Shown here piece after piece: positions 40,960 through 51,500 of a stretch of DNA of 64,000 bases (position 1 is its first letter; each line of letters begins with the position of its first letter). Made by a program: the position numbers and the translations under genes. The notes under the pieces are model-generated. The model had not been told where the DNA came from. It saw only the letters and a list, made by a program, of their open reading frames with translations, and did no database searches. Location of the stretch: assembly GCA_048937405.1 (NCBI GenBank), contig JBHLNF010000004.1, forward strand, positions 32,001-96,000, given 5' to 3'. The DNA is from Promethearchaeota archaeon (GTDB taxonomy: Archaea > Asgardarchaeota > Lokiarchaeia > Sigyniarchaeales > SOKP01).

Positions 40960-41499
40960 TTATTTTTTACCAGTTGACCCAAATCCCTCTAAACCGCGTT
41001 CTGAATTAGGTAATTCCTCCATTTCAATAAATTCGTATTCATACATTTTAGCGAGTATTATTTGACAAATTCTATCTCTCTTTTTCAAAATAATCTTTTT
41101 ATTAGAAAGATTTATAACAATAGCGATCCATTCGTTTCTATAACCTGAATCAATTGTACCCGGAGAATTAACAATGGATAATCCTTCAAGTGCAAATCCA
41201 CTTCGAGGTACAACCTTAAAATAATAGCCTTCTGGTATGGCTGTTGAAAAACCTAAAGAGCACCCTACAAGTTCTAAAGATTTTAATGTGTAAGAATCTG
41301 AGTGCACATCAATTAGTTCTTTTTTCCCATTTTTAGAGACTATTTTTTTAAATCCTATAATTCTAGCATCTGCCCCAGCATCCCCAGGTCTAGAGTGATT
41401 GGGGGGAGATACACCTACAGCTAATGTTTTGATGGGGATTGATATTTTCCCATTACTATCTTCCATTTCTATCTGATTACGTTTCATAATATATATCAA
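40960..41499 (-). CDS. dut: trimeric dUTPase
   Basis: Motifs AGAD, PRSG, GTIDSGYR, RICQ, RGLEGFGSTG. Confidence 0.92.
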   Translation of the reverse strand: MIYIMKRNQIEMEDSNGKISIPIKTLAVGVSPPNHSRPGDAGADARIIGFKKIVSKNGKKELIDVHSDSYTLKSLELVGCSLGFSTAIPEGYYFKVVPRSGFALEGLSIVNSPGTIDSGYRNEWIAIVINLSNKKIILKKRDRICQIILAKMYEYEFIEMEELPNSERGLEGFGSTGKK

Positions 41500-41891
41500 T
41501 ATTTTGTTGTATATTTATATAAAAAAAAATTTTTATTAACTCCTCATTAAACTTAAAGAAAGCAATATATCTCTTGTGAATTATATTTATTCTCAATATA
41601 CAATCAATTATAAAATAAATAAATAATAATAGGGATATAATTTTGTCATTTAAATTGTATAAGAATTTGTATAATTTTGCATTAATATAATAATTAATTG
41701 AGAGTATTTTCAATTTATCGAATGAATATCTTTTTCATTTTTATAAGGGAGTAAATCATTCTTCATTCTAAAAATCAACTCTTCAAAAATTGAGAATTAT
41801 TCTAAAAAATATAATACCTTCAATGATAATTTGAGCAATAACTAATTATGCTAATTCAATAAGAAAACAAAGTCTAAAATATCTCCATAAA

Positions 41892-42069
41892 TCAATAATG
41901 ATAAATATCAAAAATCCACGCTTTTCCACTTGTATTTTCTATTGCTTTTGCAACTTCTTTTTGCCTTCCTGGAGCAATCGCAAGCATACAACCACCACCA
42001 CCAGCTCCCATTTGTTTTGCTCCAAGTGCACCAGCATTTTTAGCGGCTTCACATAATTTTAAAATTTTT
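41892..42069 (-). pseudogene. GHMP-kinase (mevalonate/galactokinase-like) C-terminal fragment
   Basis: Manual translation KLCEAAKNAGALGAKQMGAGGGGCMLAIAPGRQKEVAKAI...*; in-frame stop upstream; no start or N-terminal domain. Confidence 0.8.
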
Positions 42070-42162
42070 CAAAATAAGAAAAAAAGTCGAGATATCATTT
42101 TAATGGATAACTCTAATAAAAACATTATTCATTTAAACATATTATAAATCATTATATTCCCT

Positions 42163-42290
42163 ATGGTGAAAAAATTGATTAATATCGATAGATACGACCC
42201 TAAAAAAAGATTAAGAAGTATTAAAGGCAATTTTTAAAGATTTTATAGGGATCTTATCTTTTTTCTTTTCTCTTTGGGAAATCTATGGAA
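42163..42290 (+). pseudogene. decayed 5' copy of the GNAT-like gene at 44187
   Basis: GGTGAAAAAA-TTG ATT AAT ATC GAT AGA TAC GAC CCT aligns to 44177 onward; contains a +1 frameshift and a TAA. Confidence 0.8.
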
Positions 42291-42311
42291 AGTAATTAAA
42301 CTATACAAAAA

Positions 42312-43790
42312 TTAATTACAGTAAATTGGAGGTTTTTTGTCGATCCATGGTCTATCTTGTTCTAATTGTGCTGCTAAACGGAAGAGAGTAGCTTCATCAC
42401 CAAAAGGAGCTGCAAATTGAATACCTATTGGGATATTATCAGCAGTCCAATATAAAGGAACTGACATAGCAGGTTGACCACTTATATTATAAATTGTAGC
42501 AAAAGCGTTAAGTTTGGTTAATAATTGAATAATCTTTCCTGCTTTTGATAAATTAACTGAAGAGAAAGAGCCAGATTTTATTGGAGGAATTGTAAGAGAT
42601 GTGTTCAGTAGTAGATCAAAATTTCCTTTATGAAACCAATATGCTAATTTCCGTGAGAAACGTTGACAATGTTCTACTGCTATTAGATAATCAGTCCCCG
42701 TCTGAGTTGCTGCCATCTGATAAATTAACCATGTAAGAGGCTCTAATTCATTCTGGGTTATTTTTTTATTTAGCTTTCTTTCCCAATATCTAATTATCTG
42801 ACCAGTAGAGCTGGAAAATATAATACCAAAATGTAAGAAAAGGTTTTCATAACTTAATTCTTCAGAATTTACTTCTTCAACGTTATGACCTAGTGTTTCA
42901 CAGAGTTGAGCTGTATCTCTTATTGCTTTTTCACATTCTGGATGAACTTTTGTCTTAAAGCTCCAGCCACTAGGAATTGAGGTTAAATATCCAATTTTCA
43001 GACGACCTACATCCTCTTCAACTTCTTCTAAGAAAGCACGTTTCTTTGGGGGTGCATAATATGGATCCCCTATGTCTGGTCCCGATGTTGCATCTAAAAG
43101 AGCAGCAGAATCTCTTACAGTGCGAGAAAGAGCATGATCTACGGCGATTCCATTAGCATAATCTCCAAGATATGGACCAAGAGGATTTCTAGCACGAGTA
43201 GGTTTCAACCCAAAAACCCCACAACAAGAAGCAGGTATACGAATAGATCCTCCTCCATCGTTTCCGTGAGCTATAGGTACGATCCCTGTTGCTACAGCTA
43301 CTGCTGATCCACCACTTGAACCACCAGGGATTATATTCGGATCCCAAGGATTTAAAGTAGGACCAAATAACTTAGGTTCAGTTGTCGGAAGACACCCAAA
43401 TTCAGGGGTATTTGTCTTTCCAACCGTGATTAATCCAGCTGTTTTATGCCGTTTTACTAATTCTGTATCTAAAGGCGCAATATATCCATGAACTACTGCA
43501 GAACCCTCACTTAATGGAGCATTACCATATTCTGCAATAAGATCTTTTAATAAAAATGGAACTCCACCAAAAATCACATCAGTCTTTTTACCTGAACTAA
43601 TATCATTATCCCATTTTTTCGCTTTTTTACGTGCAGTATTATACATCTTATGGATTACAGCATTAATTTTAGGATTAATCTTTTCAATTCGTTCGATAGT
43701 TATCTCTACTAATTCAGATGACTTAATTTCTCCGTCTCGTATCATTTTTGCTAAGCCTAATGCATCATATTCAACCAATTTAGTTTCCAA
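42312..43790 (-). CDS. amidase signature family protein
   Basis: [30 protein letters not shown]. Confidence 0.92.
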   Translation of the reverse strand: METKLVEYDALGLAKMIRDGEIKSSELVEITIERIEKINPKINAVIHKMYNTARKKAKKWDNDISSGKKTDVIFGGVPFLLKDLIAEYGNAPLSEGSAVVHGYIAPLDTELVKRHKTAGLITVGKTNTPEFGCLPTTEPKLFGPTLNPWDPNIIPGGSSGGSAVAVATGIVPIAHGNDGGGSIRIPASCCGVFGLKPTRARNPLGPYLGDYANGIAVDHALSRTVRDSAALLDATSGPDIGDPYYAPPKKRAFLEEVEEDVGRLKIGYLTSIPSGWSFKTKVHPECEKAIRDTAQLCETLGHNVEEVNSEELSYENLFLHFGIIFSSSTGQIIRYWERKLNKKITQNELEPLTWLIYQMAATQTGTDYLIAVEHCQRFSRKLAYWFHKGNFDLLLNTSLTIPPIKSGSFSSVNLSKAGKIIQLLTKLNAFATIYNISGQPAMSVPLYWTADNIPIGIQFAAPFGDEATLFRLAAQLEQDRPWIDKKPPIYCN

Positions 43791-44186
43791 TAAGTCTCAC
43801 GCTTAATATTTGTTTTTTATTGGATTATTTTTTTAATAGTTATAAATTAAGATAAATAGGCTTTTATAGATATGTGTATATAAATCAGATTATAAATCAG
43901 TTCTCTAATTTATCGATAATTTACATGAATTAGTAGATAAATATTAAAAATTAGTAAAGGAACTTGAAAAAACAGAAAAACCTAAAAAAAGTAAAAATTA
44001 TATAGAATTGGTGGAAAAATTACCTGAATTTTTATGATATTTCCATCATATTATAAGTTTTTTGCATTCTCAAGTTGAATTTTTAATCTATCCTTTTTTG
44101 TTTCTATTTTAAACAAAGATTTTCATAAAAAATTAATAATATTTTTAATTATTTTGATAAATATTAAAATTTCATTGGTGAAAAAA

Positions 44187-44642
44187 ATGATTGTTATCGA
44201 TAGATACGACCCTAGAAAGGATAAAGAAGCATTACAAGAAATTTTTAAAGAATTTATCGCTAATAAAGCTTATTTCTTCTCTCATTGGGAAAAGTTTGAG
44301 GAAGAACTAAATCGGAGAACTCTCGATCTTCAATATAGAAATTCAATGGTTATTGCAAAAGAAGATGGAAAAATTTTAGGTTTTGGAACGTATACCCTTT
44401 TTAGAGATTATTTAGGAAATGATAGAGTACTTATTCATCAAGTTCTTACAAGAAAGATTGATTCTTTTAAATTAGGGATAGAAGAGAAAATAGTGCGGGA
44501 ATTGCAATTATATGTTAAAAGAACCCTAAAAATTGATAAAGTCTATTTTATTTGTCCTGATTCTGATGGGGCTTCAAGAAGTCTTTTCCTAAAACTTGGA
44601 ATAAAGAAATCACGTTATATTTGGTATGAAAATGAAATTTAA
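44187..44642 (+). CDS. GNAT-like protein
   Basis: VIAKEDGKILGF strand pattern, GIEEKIV, LFLKLG; ATG follows a GGTG RBS. Confidence 0.7.
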   Translation: MIVIDRYDPRKDKEALQEIFKEFIANKAYFFSHWEKFEEELNRRTLDLQYRNSMVIAKEDGKILGFGTYTLFRDYLGNDRVLIHQVLTRKIDSFKLGIEEKIVRELQLYVKRTLKIDKVYFICPDSDGASRSLFLKLGIKKSRYIWYENEI

Positions 44643-44683
44643 TTAAGATTCTATTTTTTTCTTAAAGAAAGTGAAAAATCTTC

Positions 44684-45211
44684 ATGACAAATTTAAATAA
44701 TGCTAAAGATCTTATTAAAAAAGTTAAAGAATTAAGAAATCAAGAAAATTTTGAAGAAGCTCTAAAAATAATTGAAGATTTATTTGAAAATTTTCCCAAT
44801 TCTGAAGAAATTAAAGAAGTATTAATTGACACATTATTTGATTATGGAGGATATCTCAATGATTATTATACAATTGGATATGAAAAAGCTCAACAATATT
44901 TTGAGAGAATTACTATTCTAAGCCCACAAAATTATAGAGCACACTATAATTTAGGATTGGCTTATTTTAATTTAGGAAAAATTGAAAACGCTAAGATATC
45001 TTTCGAAAAAGCTTTAATAATCAAACCAGATTATAAGTATTGTCTTTATAATCTAGGAATAGTCTATGAAACTTTAGGACAATATGAAAAAGCGTTAGAT
45101 TATTTTGAACAAGTATTAGAAATCGATTCGGATTTTAAATATGCATTATCAGCAAGATCTCAAATAAGAGAAATATTAGATAAATTAAAATATAAGAAGA
45201 GAAGGGATTAA
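44684..45211 (+). CDS. TPR repeat protein
   Basis: AHYNLGLAY...A...FEKAL...P and YNLGIVY TPR consensus. Confidence 0.9.
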   Translation: MTNLNNAKDLIKKVKELRNQENFEEALKIIEDLFENFPNSEEIKEVLIDTLFDYGGYLNDYYTIGYEKAQQYFERITILSPQNYRAHYNLGLAYFNLGKIENAKISFEKALIIKPDYKYCLYNLGIVYETLGQYEKALDYFEQVLEIDSDFKYALSARSQIREILDKLKYKKRRD

Positions 45212-45232
45212 TCTTAAAAATAGATAAAGAAG

Positions 45233-45367
45233 TTAATCTTCCATTAATTTCCGATGAATTGCACAGCAAACTATAATAATCACTAATACTACTATTCCAC
45301 CTATAAGATATCGAAAAATTATTGGGTCGGATAAGATATCTAAGATATCACCAATTGACTGAAACAT
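45233..45367 (-). CDS. small single-TM protein, 44 aa (not in ORF track)
   Basis: MFQSIGDILDILSDPIIFRYLIGGIVVLVIIIVCCAIHRKLMED; AGGGGT RBS-like sequence upstream. Confidence 0.6.
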   Translation of the reverse strand: MFQSIGDILDILSDPIIFRYLIGGIVVLVIIIVCCAIHRKLMED

Positions 45368-45485
45368 ATTTACCCCTTTCTTATAATTATTTAAATCTAA
45401 ATAGAATTCGTTATATTTAAAATTTAAGCATAATTGGATTAAAAATCTTTATAAAATGAAAAAAAATTAGTAATAGATTAATTTT

Positions 45486-45692
45486 TTATCTTTCTAATTG
45501 GAAATTTACTTGAACGCGAACTCTGTATATCAATTTATCAATATCTTCTTTTACCTTCACATCCGATTCAATAATTTGTATGTTTCGGATACCACGGAGA
45601 GTTTTTTTGGCTTCATTATAACAATTCTTTACGGCGTCAGCCCAATTTTTATCAGAGGTTCCAACTAATTGAATACTTTTATAAACTGTCAT
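45486..45692 (-). CDS. dodecin (flavin-binding)
   Basis: VYKSIQLVGTS..W..A....A..TLR...YRV...F. Confidence 0.9.
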   Translation of the reverse strand: MTVYKSIQLVGTSDKNWADAVKNCYNEAKKTLRGIRNIQIIESDVKVKEDIDKLIYRVRVQVNFQLER

Positions 45693-45861
45693 TTTGATTT
45701 CACTTCTAAATTGTTTTCTTTGTAAGTTTATTTGTTATAGTTTAGTATTTAAATATTTCGCAGAAAACGGATTAAATTAAGAGTTTTAAGATAATAATAA
45801 CAAATTTACTAAATCTTACAGCAGAATATAGAAAAAAAAGAAAATTAGAATTTATATAAAG

Positions 45862-47151
45862 TTAGACATCTAAATTCTCTAATATAGTAGCAACGCCTTG
45901 ACCACCACCGCAACAGGCGTTAGCAATACCATATTTAGCCTTTTTATCCTTTAAAATTCGGGCAAGAGTCCCTGGTAATCTTATCATTGTTGATCCTAAT
46001 GGATGTCCAATTGCAGTTGATCCACCCATAATATTAACCTTTTCTTCAGGAATGTTAAATGCTTTCATACAGTTGAGAGTTACAATTGTAAATGCCTCAT
46101 TTATTTCCCAATAGTCAATATCATCAGCTTTTAATCCAGCAAAATCTAAAGCTTTTTGTGTGGCGGGTACTGGACCTCTCCCCATAACGCTGGGATCTAC
46201 ACCCGCCCAACCAATTGATACAATTCTAGCCATTGGTTCAAGTCCTCTTTTCTTGGCTTCCTCTGCTTCCATTAATAGACATGTGGTAGCTCCCGCATTA
46301 AGAGGTGAAGAATTTCCAGGAGTAATTACTCCCTTATCAGTTCCTTCTCGTTCCATATAACCCTCTTTACCACCATTTTTCTCTAAATAAAAAGGTCTCG
46401 AAAGCCTAGGTAATCCCGCAACTCCTTCCAAAGTAGATTTTCTAGCAGCCATGTCTCGATCAACCATCATTGGTTCTTCTACATTACCTTCGACGTGTCC
46501 CTCAACAGGAATAATTTCACCTTTAAACCAACCATCTTCAGTATTTTTTACTGTCAAATTATGTGCTCTTACTCCAAATTTGTCTAAGTCTTCCTTTGTA
46601 AAATTAGGAACTTCTTGTTCATATAATTTTTGAGCGGTTTGAATCATATTAATTGCATTCATTAAATCGTATTGGGGTCGATACCATTTGCTTTTCTTAT
46701 TAACAATATTTAAATTTGCATTAACATGGTCATTTTGCATTGGAATTCGAGTCATGTGTTCAACACCCCCGGCTAGACAGATTTTACTATTACCTGTCAT
46801 AATTTCCATTATCCCTACATGCATACCAGACCCTGCTGATCCACATTGTCTATCAACAAATAAACCAGGTACATGATCTGGAAAATCAGCTAAAAACAGT
46901 GGAATTCTGCCACCATATGTCCATGCTTCATATACACCCATTGCACTTCCTACAGTAAATTCATCTATATCCTTTTTCTCAACAGGTTTATTTCCTAGAT
47001 AATCAGGAGATTCAAAAAATTCCATTAATAATGTAGCAAGAAGTTCATCACCGCGAATTTCCCCGAAAACATCTCTCTCTGGTTGTCTTGGTCTTGAACG
47101 TGAAAAAGCAGTTCTCGCATAATCAATTAACCATACCTCTTTCATTTCCAT
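45862..47151 (-). CDS. acetyl-CoA C-acyltransferase (thiolase)
   Basis: RQCGS, NEAF, GHPLG, CCGGGQG. Confidence 0.93.
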   Translation of the reverse strand: MEMKEVWLIDYARTAFSRSRPRQPERDVFGEIRGDELLATLLMEFFESPDYLGNKPVEKKDIDEFTVGSAMGVYEAWTYGGRIPLFLADFPDHVPGLFVDRQCGSAGSGMHVGIMEIMTGNSKICLAGGVEHMTRIPMQNDHVNANLNIVNKKSKWYRPQYDLMNAINMIQTAQKLYEQEVPNFTKEDLDKFGVRAHNLTVKNTEDGWFKGEIIPVEGHVEGNVEEPMMVDRDMAARKSTLEGVAGLPRLSRPFYLEKNGGKEGYMEREGTDKGVITPGNSSPLNAGATTCLLMEAEEAKKRGLEPMARIVSIGWAGVDPSVMGRGPVPATQKALDFAGLKADDIDYWEINEAFTIVTLNCMKAFNIPEEKVNIMGGSTAIGHPLGSTMIRLPGTLARILKDKKAKYGIANACCGGGQGVATILENLDV

Positions 47152-47377
47152 TATATATTATCCCTCAATTTTAAGTAATTTTACTAATTTATTTTTAAAA
47201 ATTTTAGATATTAAACTAGGAAGTGTTAAAATAATATTAAACTTTATTATAATGACAATAAGTAGTCATTGTAGACCCATTTGAAATAAATTTAATATAG
47301 GATAAACAGATATTTGGTTTAGTTACTATTAAGAAATTACTAGAATTATTTTTATGCCTAGAAATTTTAGATTATTT

Positions 47378-47797
47378 ATGTCCTATAAAAACAATAGTTC
47401 TACTAATAAACCATTAATCTCTATAATTGCAGGAAGTACCTCAGATAAAGAGGTATATGAAAAAGCAGAAAAAGTCTTAAAAGATAACAATTTAAAATAT
47501 GAACTTAAAATTATATCTGCTCATAGAAATCCAGAACTATTAGATGAATATTTGAAAAATTCTGACTCATTAATATATATTGCTGTTGCTGGTCTTTCTG
47601 CAGCTTTACCAGGAGTGATTGCATCGAAAACTAATAGACCTGTTATAGGAGTACCTGTAAGTGCTAAATTAGGGGGTTTTGACGCTTTATTATCAATCGT
47701 TCAAATGCCCCCTGGAGTTCCTGTTGCGACTGTTGGTATAGATAGGGGCGAAAATGCCGCATATTTGGCGATTAGAATATTAGATCTGTTAAAATAA
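47378..47797 (+). CDS. purE: PurE (AIR carboxylase/N5-CAIR mutase)
   Basis: [31 protein letters not shown]; start uncertain (47354 or 47378). Confidence 0.93.
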   Translation: MSYKNNSSTNKPLISIIAGSTSDKEVYEKAEKVLKDNNLKYELKIISAHRNPELLDEYLKNSDSLIYIAVAGLSAALPGVIASKTNRPVIGVPVSAKLGGFDALLSIVQMPPGVPVATVGIDRGENAAYLAIRILDLLK

Positions 47798-47807
47798 AAA
47801 ATAGTTT

Positions 47808-48524
47808 GTGATACAATTGACTGAAAATTTAATTGAGATAGGAAAAAAGAATGCTGCAATAAAAGCTGTTGAAGAAAATATTAAAAAAAATATGATAGTT
47901 GGAATTGGTAGTGGTTCTACAGTTGTATATGCTGTGAAAAGATTGGGAAAACTCAACAAAGAAAAGGCACTTAAGATAAAATGTATACCGAGTTCATTTC
48001 AAGCTTATCAGCTAATATTAGAAAATAATTTAGAGTTGGGATCTTTAGAACAATACCCAAAAATTGATGTGGACATTGATGGTGCTGATGAATTTGATAA
48101 GAATCTTAATCTAATTAAAGGAGGGGGAGGCTGCTTAGTACAAGAAAAAATAATCGCTTCAAATTCAAAACAACTTATTATAATTGTGGATTTTAGAAAA
48201 AAATCCGATATTTTAGGTAGTAATTGGAAAAGGGGAATTCCTATTGAGGTAATCCCAATGTCTTATTTTCCAATAATGAAAAAAATAAAAATGGAAGGTG
48301 GGAATCCTGTTCTACGTATGGCTCAATCTAAAAGTGGACCTTTAATTACAGATAATGGAAATTTTATAATAGATGCCGATTTTGGCGAAATAAACAATCC
48401 AAATGAGTTGAATTTGAAATTATTGAATATACCTGGAGTTGTTGATACAGGTTTATTTCTTAATATTACCACCAAAATATATGTCGGATTAGAAGATGGA
48501 AATGTATTGACTCTTACTAAATAA
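47808..48524 (+). CDS. rpiA: ribose-5-phosphate isomerase A
   Basis: GIGSGST, DGADE, KGGG, TDNGN; start may be TTG at 47817. Confidence 0.95.
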   Translation: MIQLTENLIEIGKKNAAIKAVEENIKKNMIVGIGSGSTVVYAVKRLGKLNKEKALKIKCIPSSFQAYQLILENNLELGSLEQYPKIDVDIDGADEFDKNLNLIKGGGGCLVQEKIIASNSKQLIIIVDFRKKSDILGSNWKRGIPIEVIPMSYFPIMKKIKMEGGNPVLRMAQSKSGPLITDNGNFIIDADFGEINNPNELNLKLLNIPGVVDTGLFLNITTKIYVGLEDGNVLTLTK

Positions 48525-48549
48525 AAAATTTATATTAAAATTAAAAAAT

Positions 48550-51500
48550 TTAATCATTCTTCTCAGTAAAGGAAAGAGATTCACCACAACTTGGGCAGAA
48601 TTTTTTTGGTTGTCTTATTAAATGTCCACAGAATGGACAATAAAACTGTTCAAGATTGGATAAAGGTTCGGGAGTTATATAGGTTGTTTCAGATGGTTCA
48701 TAAGATGGTTCATAATAATAATCTTGATATCTTGGTTGGTATTCAGAAACTTTCACCCGTTTTTGTCTTTTTACTAAATAAATTAGAAAACCAATAACTA
48801 CAACAACACCAATCACAACTGGAATAATGTATATAAGAGAAGAAAAGTCAAATAATGGTCCTGAAATTAGTAATACTATGATAAAATCATCATATCCTCC
48901 TTCACTATCATATACCGTAATAATTAGTATCCCTAGATACCCTGAATTTGAGGCAGAATTATAGTTAGTAATAGTTGACACGGATCTTGTTCCTGAAATT
49001 GTGTTATATCTCATAGTCTTTGGTATAGTAAAAGTGCCTTGATATTTATTAGAGCCTGTTTGATAGGTTAACTCAGCAACTTCAAAAACATCTGGAAAAA
49101 TAACCATAATATGTCCATCCTCTTTTGCTACGGTAATAAAGAGATTAATGAAGACTCTCATATTAGATCTACTATCCTCATAATTAACTGTATCTGCTAC
49201 GTCTACAACGAAATTTAAGGTCTCATCTTGTTTTACTCTATAAACATATGATGCACCCTCAGATGCTGTATTGGCAAAACTGTCGTAATCAAAACTAGAA
49301 CTTTCATTCAAGATTTCTGGAGGATTATTTTTAATTCGAAAAGAAATTCTTGGTGAGTTTGAAGTAGAATAGTTAGAATTTGAAGGTTCTAAATAGAATA
49401 TAGCATATCCTGAGGGATCTGTTTCTTCTGGGTAAAATATTTCACTATAATTATTTCCTGGACCTGGAGAAAAACTAAATGTTAATGTTTTATTTATAGA
49501 TTGTTTAGTGTTATAAAATGAGTAAGAATAAATAGAAAGATATCCCTCAAAAGGATCATATGAATTATCATCCAGTTCTGCGATAATTAAATTTTGTTGA
49601 TTGTTAGCTCTAGTAATTGATGACTTATCTAATGATATTTCACTAATTTTAGGCATTTCATTATTGTTATAATACAATATTTTTGTAGTTTTATTAAATT
49701 CTATTGAATCAAATGTTAGATTTACAATTATCGTATAAGGTGTACTACTAGTATCGGGCAAATTAAAGGAATTATTAAAATATATTCCTTCACTTGCTTT
49801 TGAGATATTTAATGAAATCGTACCTTGAAATATTCCATTTTTAAACATCACACTCAAGGAACTATAATCACTATTAGTAATGGGTGTTTCAGAGGTTTGG
49901 TTTTTTATACAAATGGAAATTTTGTTTTCTGAATTTGAACTGCTTTCTTTTCCTAAATCAATGTTTATAGATATTTCATCTGGAGGTAACAAAAAATCAA
50001 TTATATTTGTCAATAAATTATGATGATCTTGAGCAAACGAACTTGCATCATATTGATCATAAAGCCAATACAAATCTCCAAATGCTAAAAATTTTCCTTT
50101 AGCATATTCTGTGCCATCATAAAGTGCCACTACGGTCTTATTGTCAATAGTAGCAATAGAATTAGCATTATCTGATATTGTAAAAGTATTACCATAAAAC
50201 CAATAAAATTGAGAGACATTATTAAAAATCTTCGAATCATTAAAATTATGTACAGTTTGAGAATTTACACTCGCACCTATACCCAACCACTCGTCATCTA
50301 ATATATTTTCTTCATTGACTTGAATATCAACTCCCAGTCTTGAGAAAAGATAATTAATATTTTCCACAATCATATCTTGATATCTGGTTCCTAAAAATAG
50401 TAGATTACCTCCATTATTGAAGTAAGTTTCTAAATTTCTTATTTCACTTGGACTGTAAGGCAAAATTGGATTTTGTAAAATTACTATATCATATTGTGCT
50501 AACCTTTCTTCCGTCAATAACGAATTGTTGATATTCTTATCATAATCAGGAGTCCAATATTCCATACTATAGTCAATAGAGATGTTCAATTCAGTAAGAT
50601 CATTCATAGCTTCATAGAATCCCATCTGGTAAAATGTATATCCAATATCTTCATCAGCAAACCAATCATTTAATCCATGATAAGATTCCATTAGAACTCG
50701 ATATTCTGGTAATCGAATATCTAATGTTATGTTTATAATATCATAGATTTTTATCCCAGATGTAAGATTTATTTGGAACATTTTTATCTCCGGAATAGCA
50801 TTCTGTTCTATTTCAATATCAAGTTCTATAAAACCAACTCCCGCTTTAGAAAAAATTAAAGGAGATTTATCAATGGAAAGAGATATACCTTGAATGTTAG
50901 ATGGGACTTCAATATTAAACGTTTTGGATTCTCCAGAAATAACAGTCAAATTAAATTTTTGGTGATCTCCAGGAAAATGTAATAAATCAAATGGTTTAAT
51001 AGGAAGGTTGTCTGGATAAATTTTTGCGGTGTTATTATAATTAGTAGAAAGACTCTCTAAATAGCTTAAAGAAGCAGTAACATTTATGATTCCTGTTCCT
51101 GATTTAAGAATATCATTATCACTATCATCTGAGAGTGGGCTAGCTCCTTCTAGTAAAGCTATCCTCGCTGTTTCTGGAGTTATATAGGGATAGGCGTCCA
51201 AGAGAATTGCTAATGCTCCTGCAACCATTGGACAAGAAAAACTCGTCCCACTCAATGGGATATAATCAGCATCACCTGAAAAATCGAAATAATCACCCTT
51301 ATAACGTTCCTCTCGAGAGAATGTAGAGCCCTTTGCTTCTGTTGAGATGATATTAACACCAGGTGCTACAACATCAGGATACCCAATATAGCTAAAAGTA
51401 GGTCCCCAACTACTAAAAGAAGCCAAACCATTACTTCTATTAGTGGCACCTACTGATATTACATCTATACCTGCTGCTGGTGTTGATCCTGAAAAATATT

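Noticed and set aside
41477-41713. 78-aa ORF upstream of dut
   Set aside because: Low-complexity I/Y/N/K translation of AT-rich intergenic DNA.
42312-43790. Amidase as gatA, given gatC in the window
   Set aside because: Not adjacent to gat[14 protein letters not shown] and the overall sequence fit general amidases rather than GatA (SDTGGSIRQPA).
43870-44040. Coding-like stretch (KLVKELEKTEKPKK...LPEFL*)
   Set aside because: Interrupted by stops and no family recognised; possibly a remnant but unsupported.
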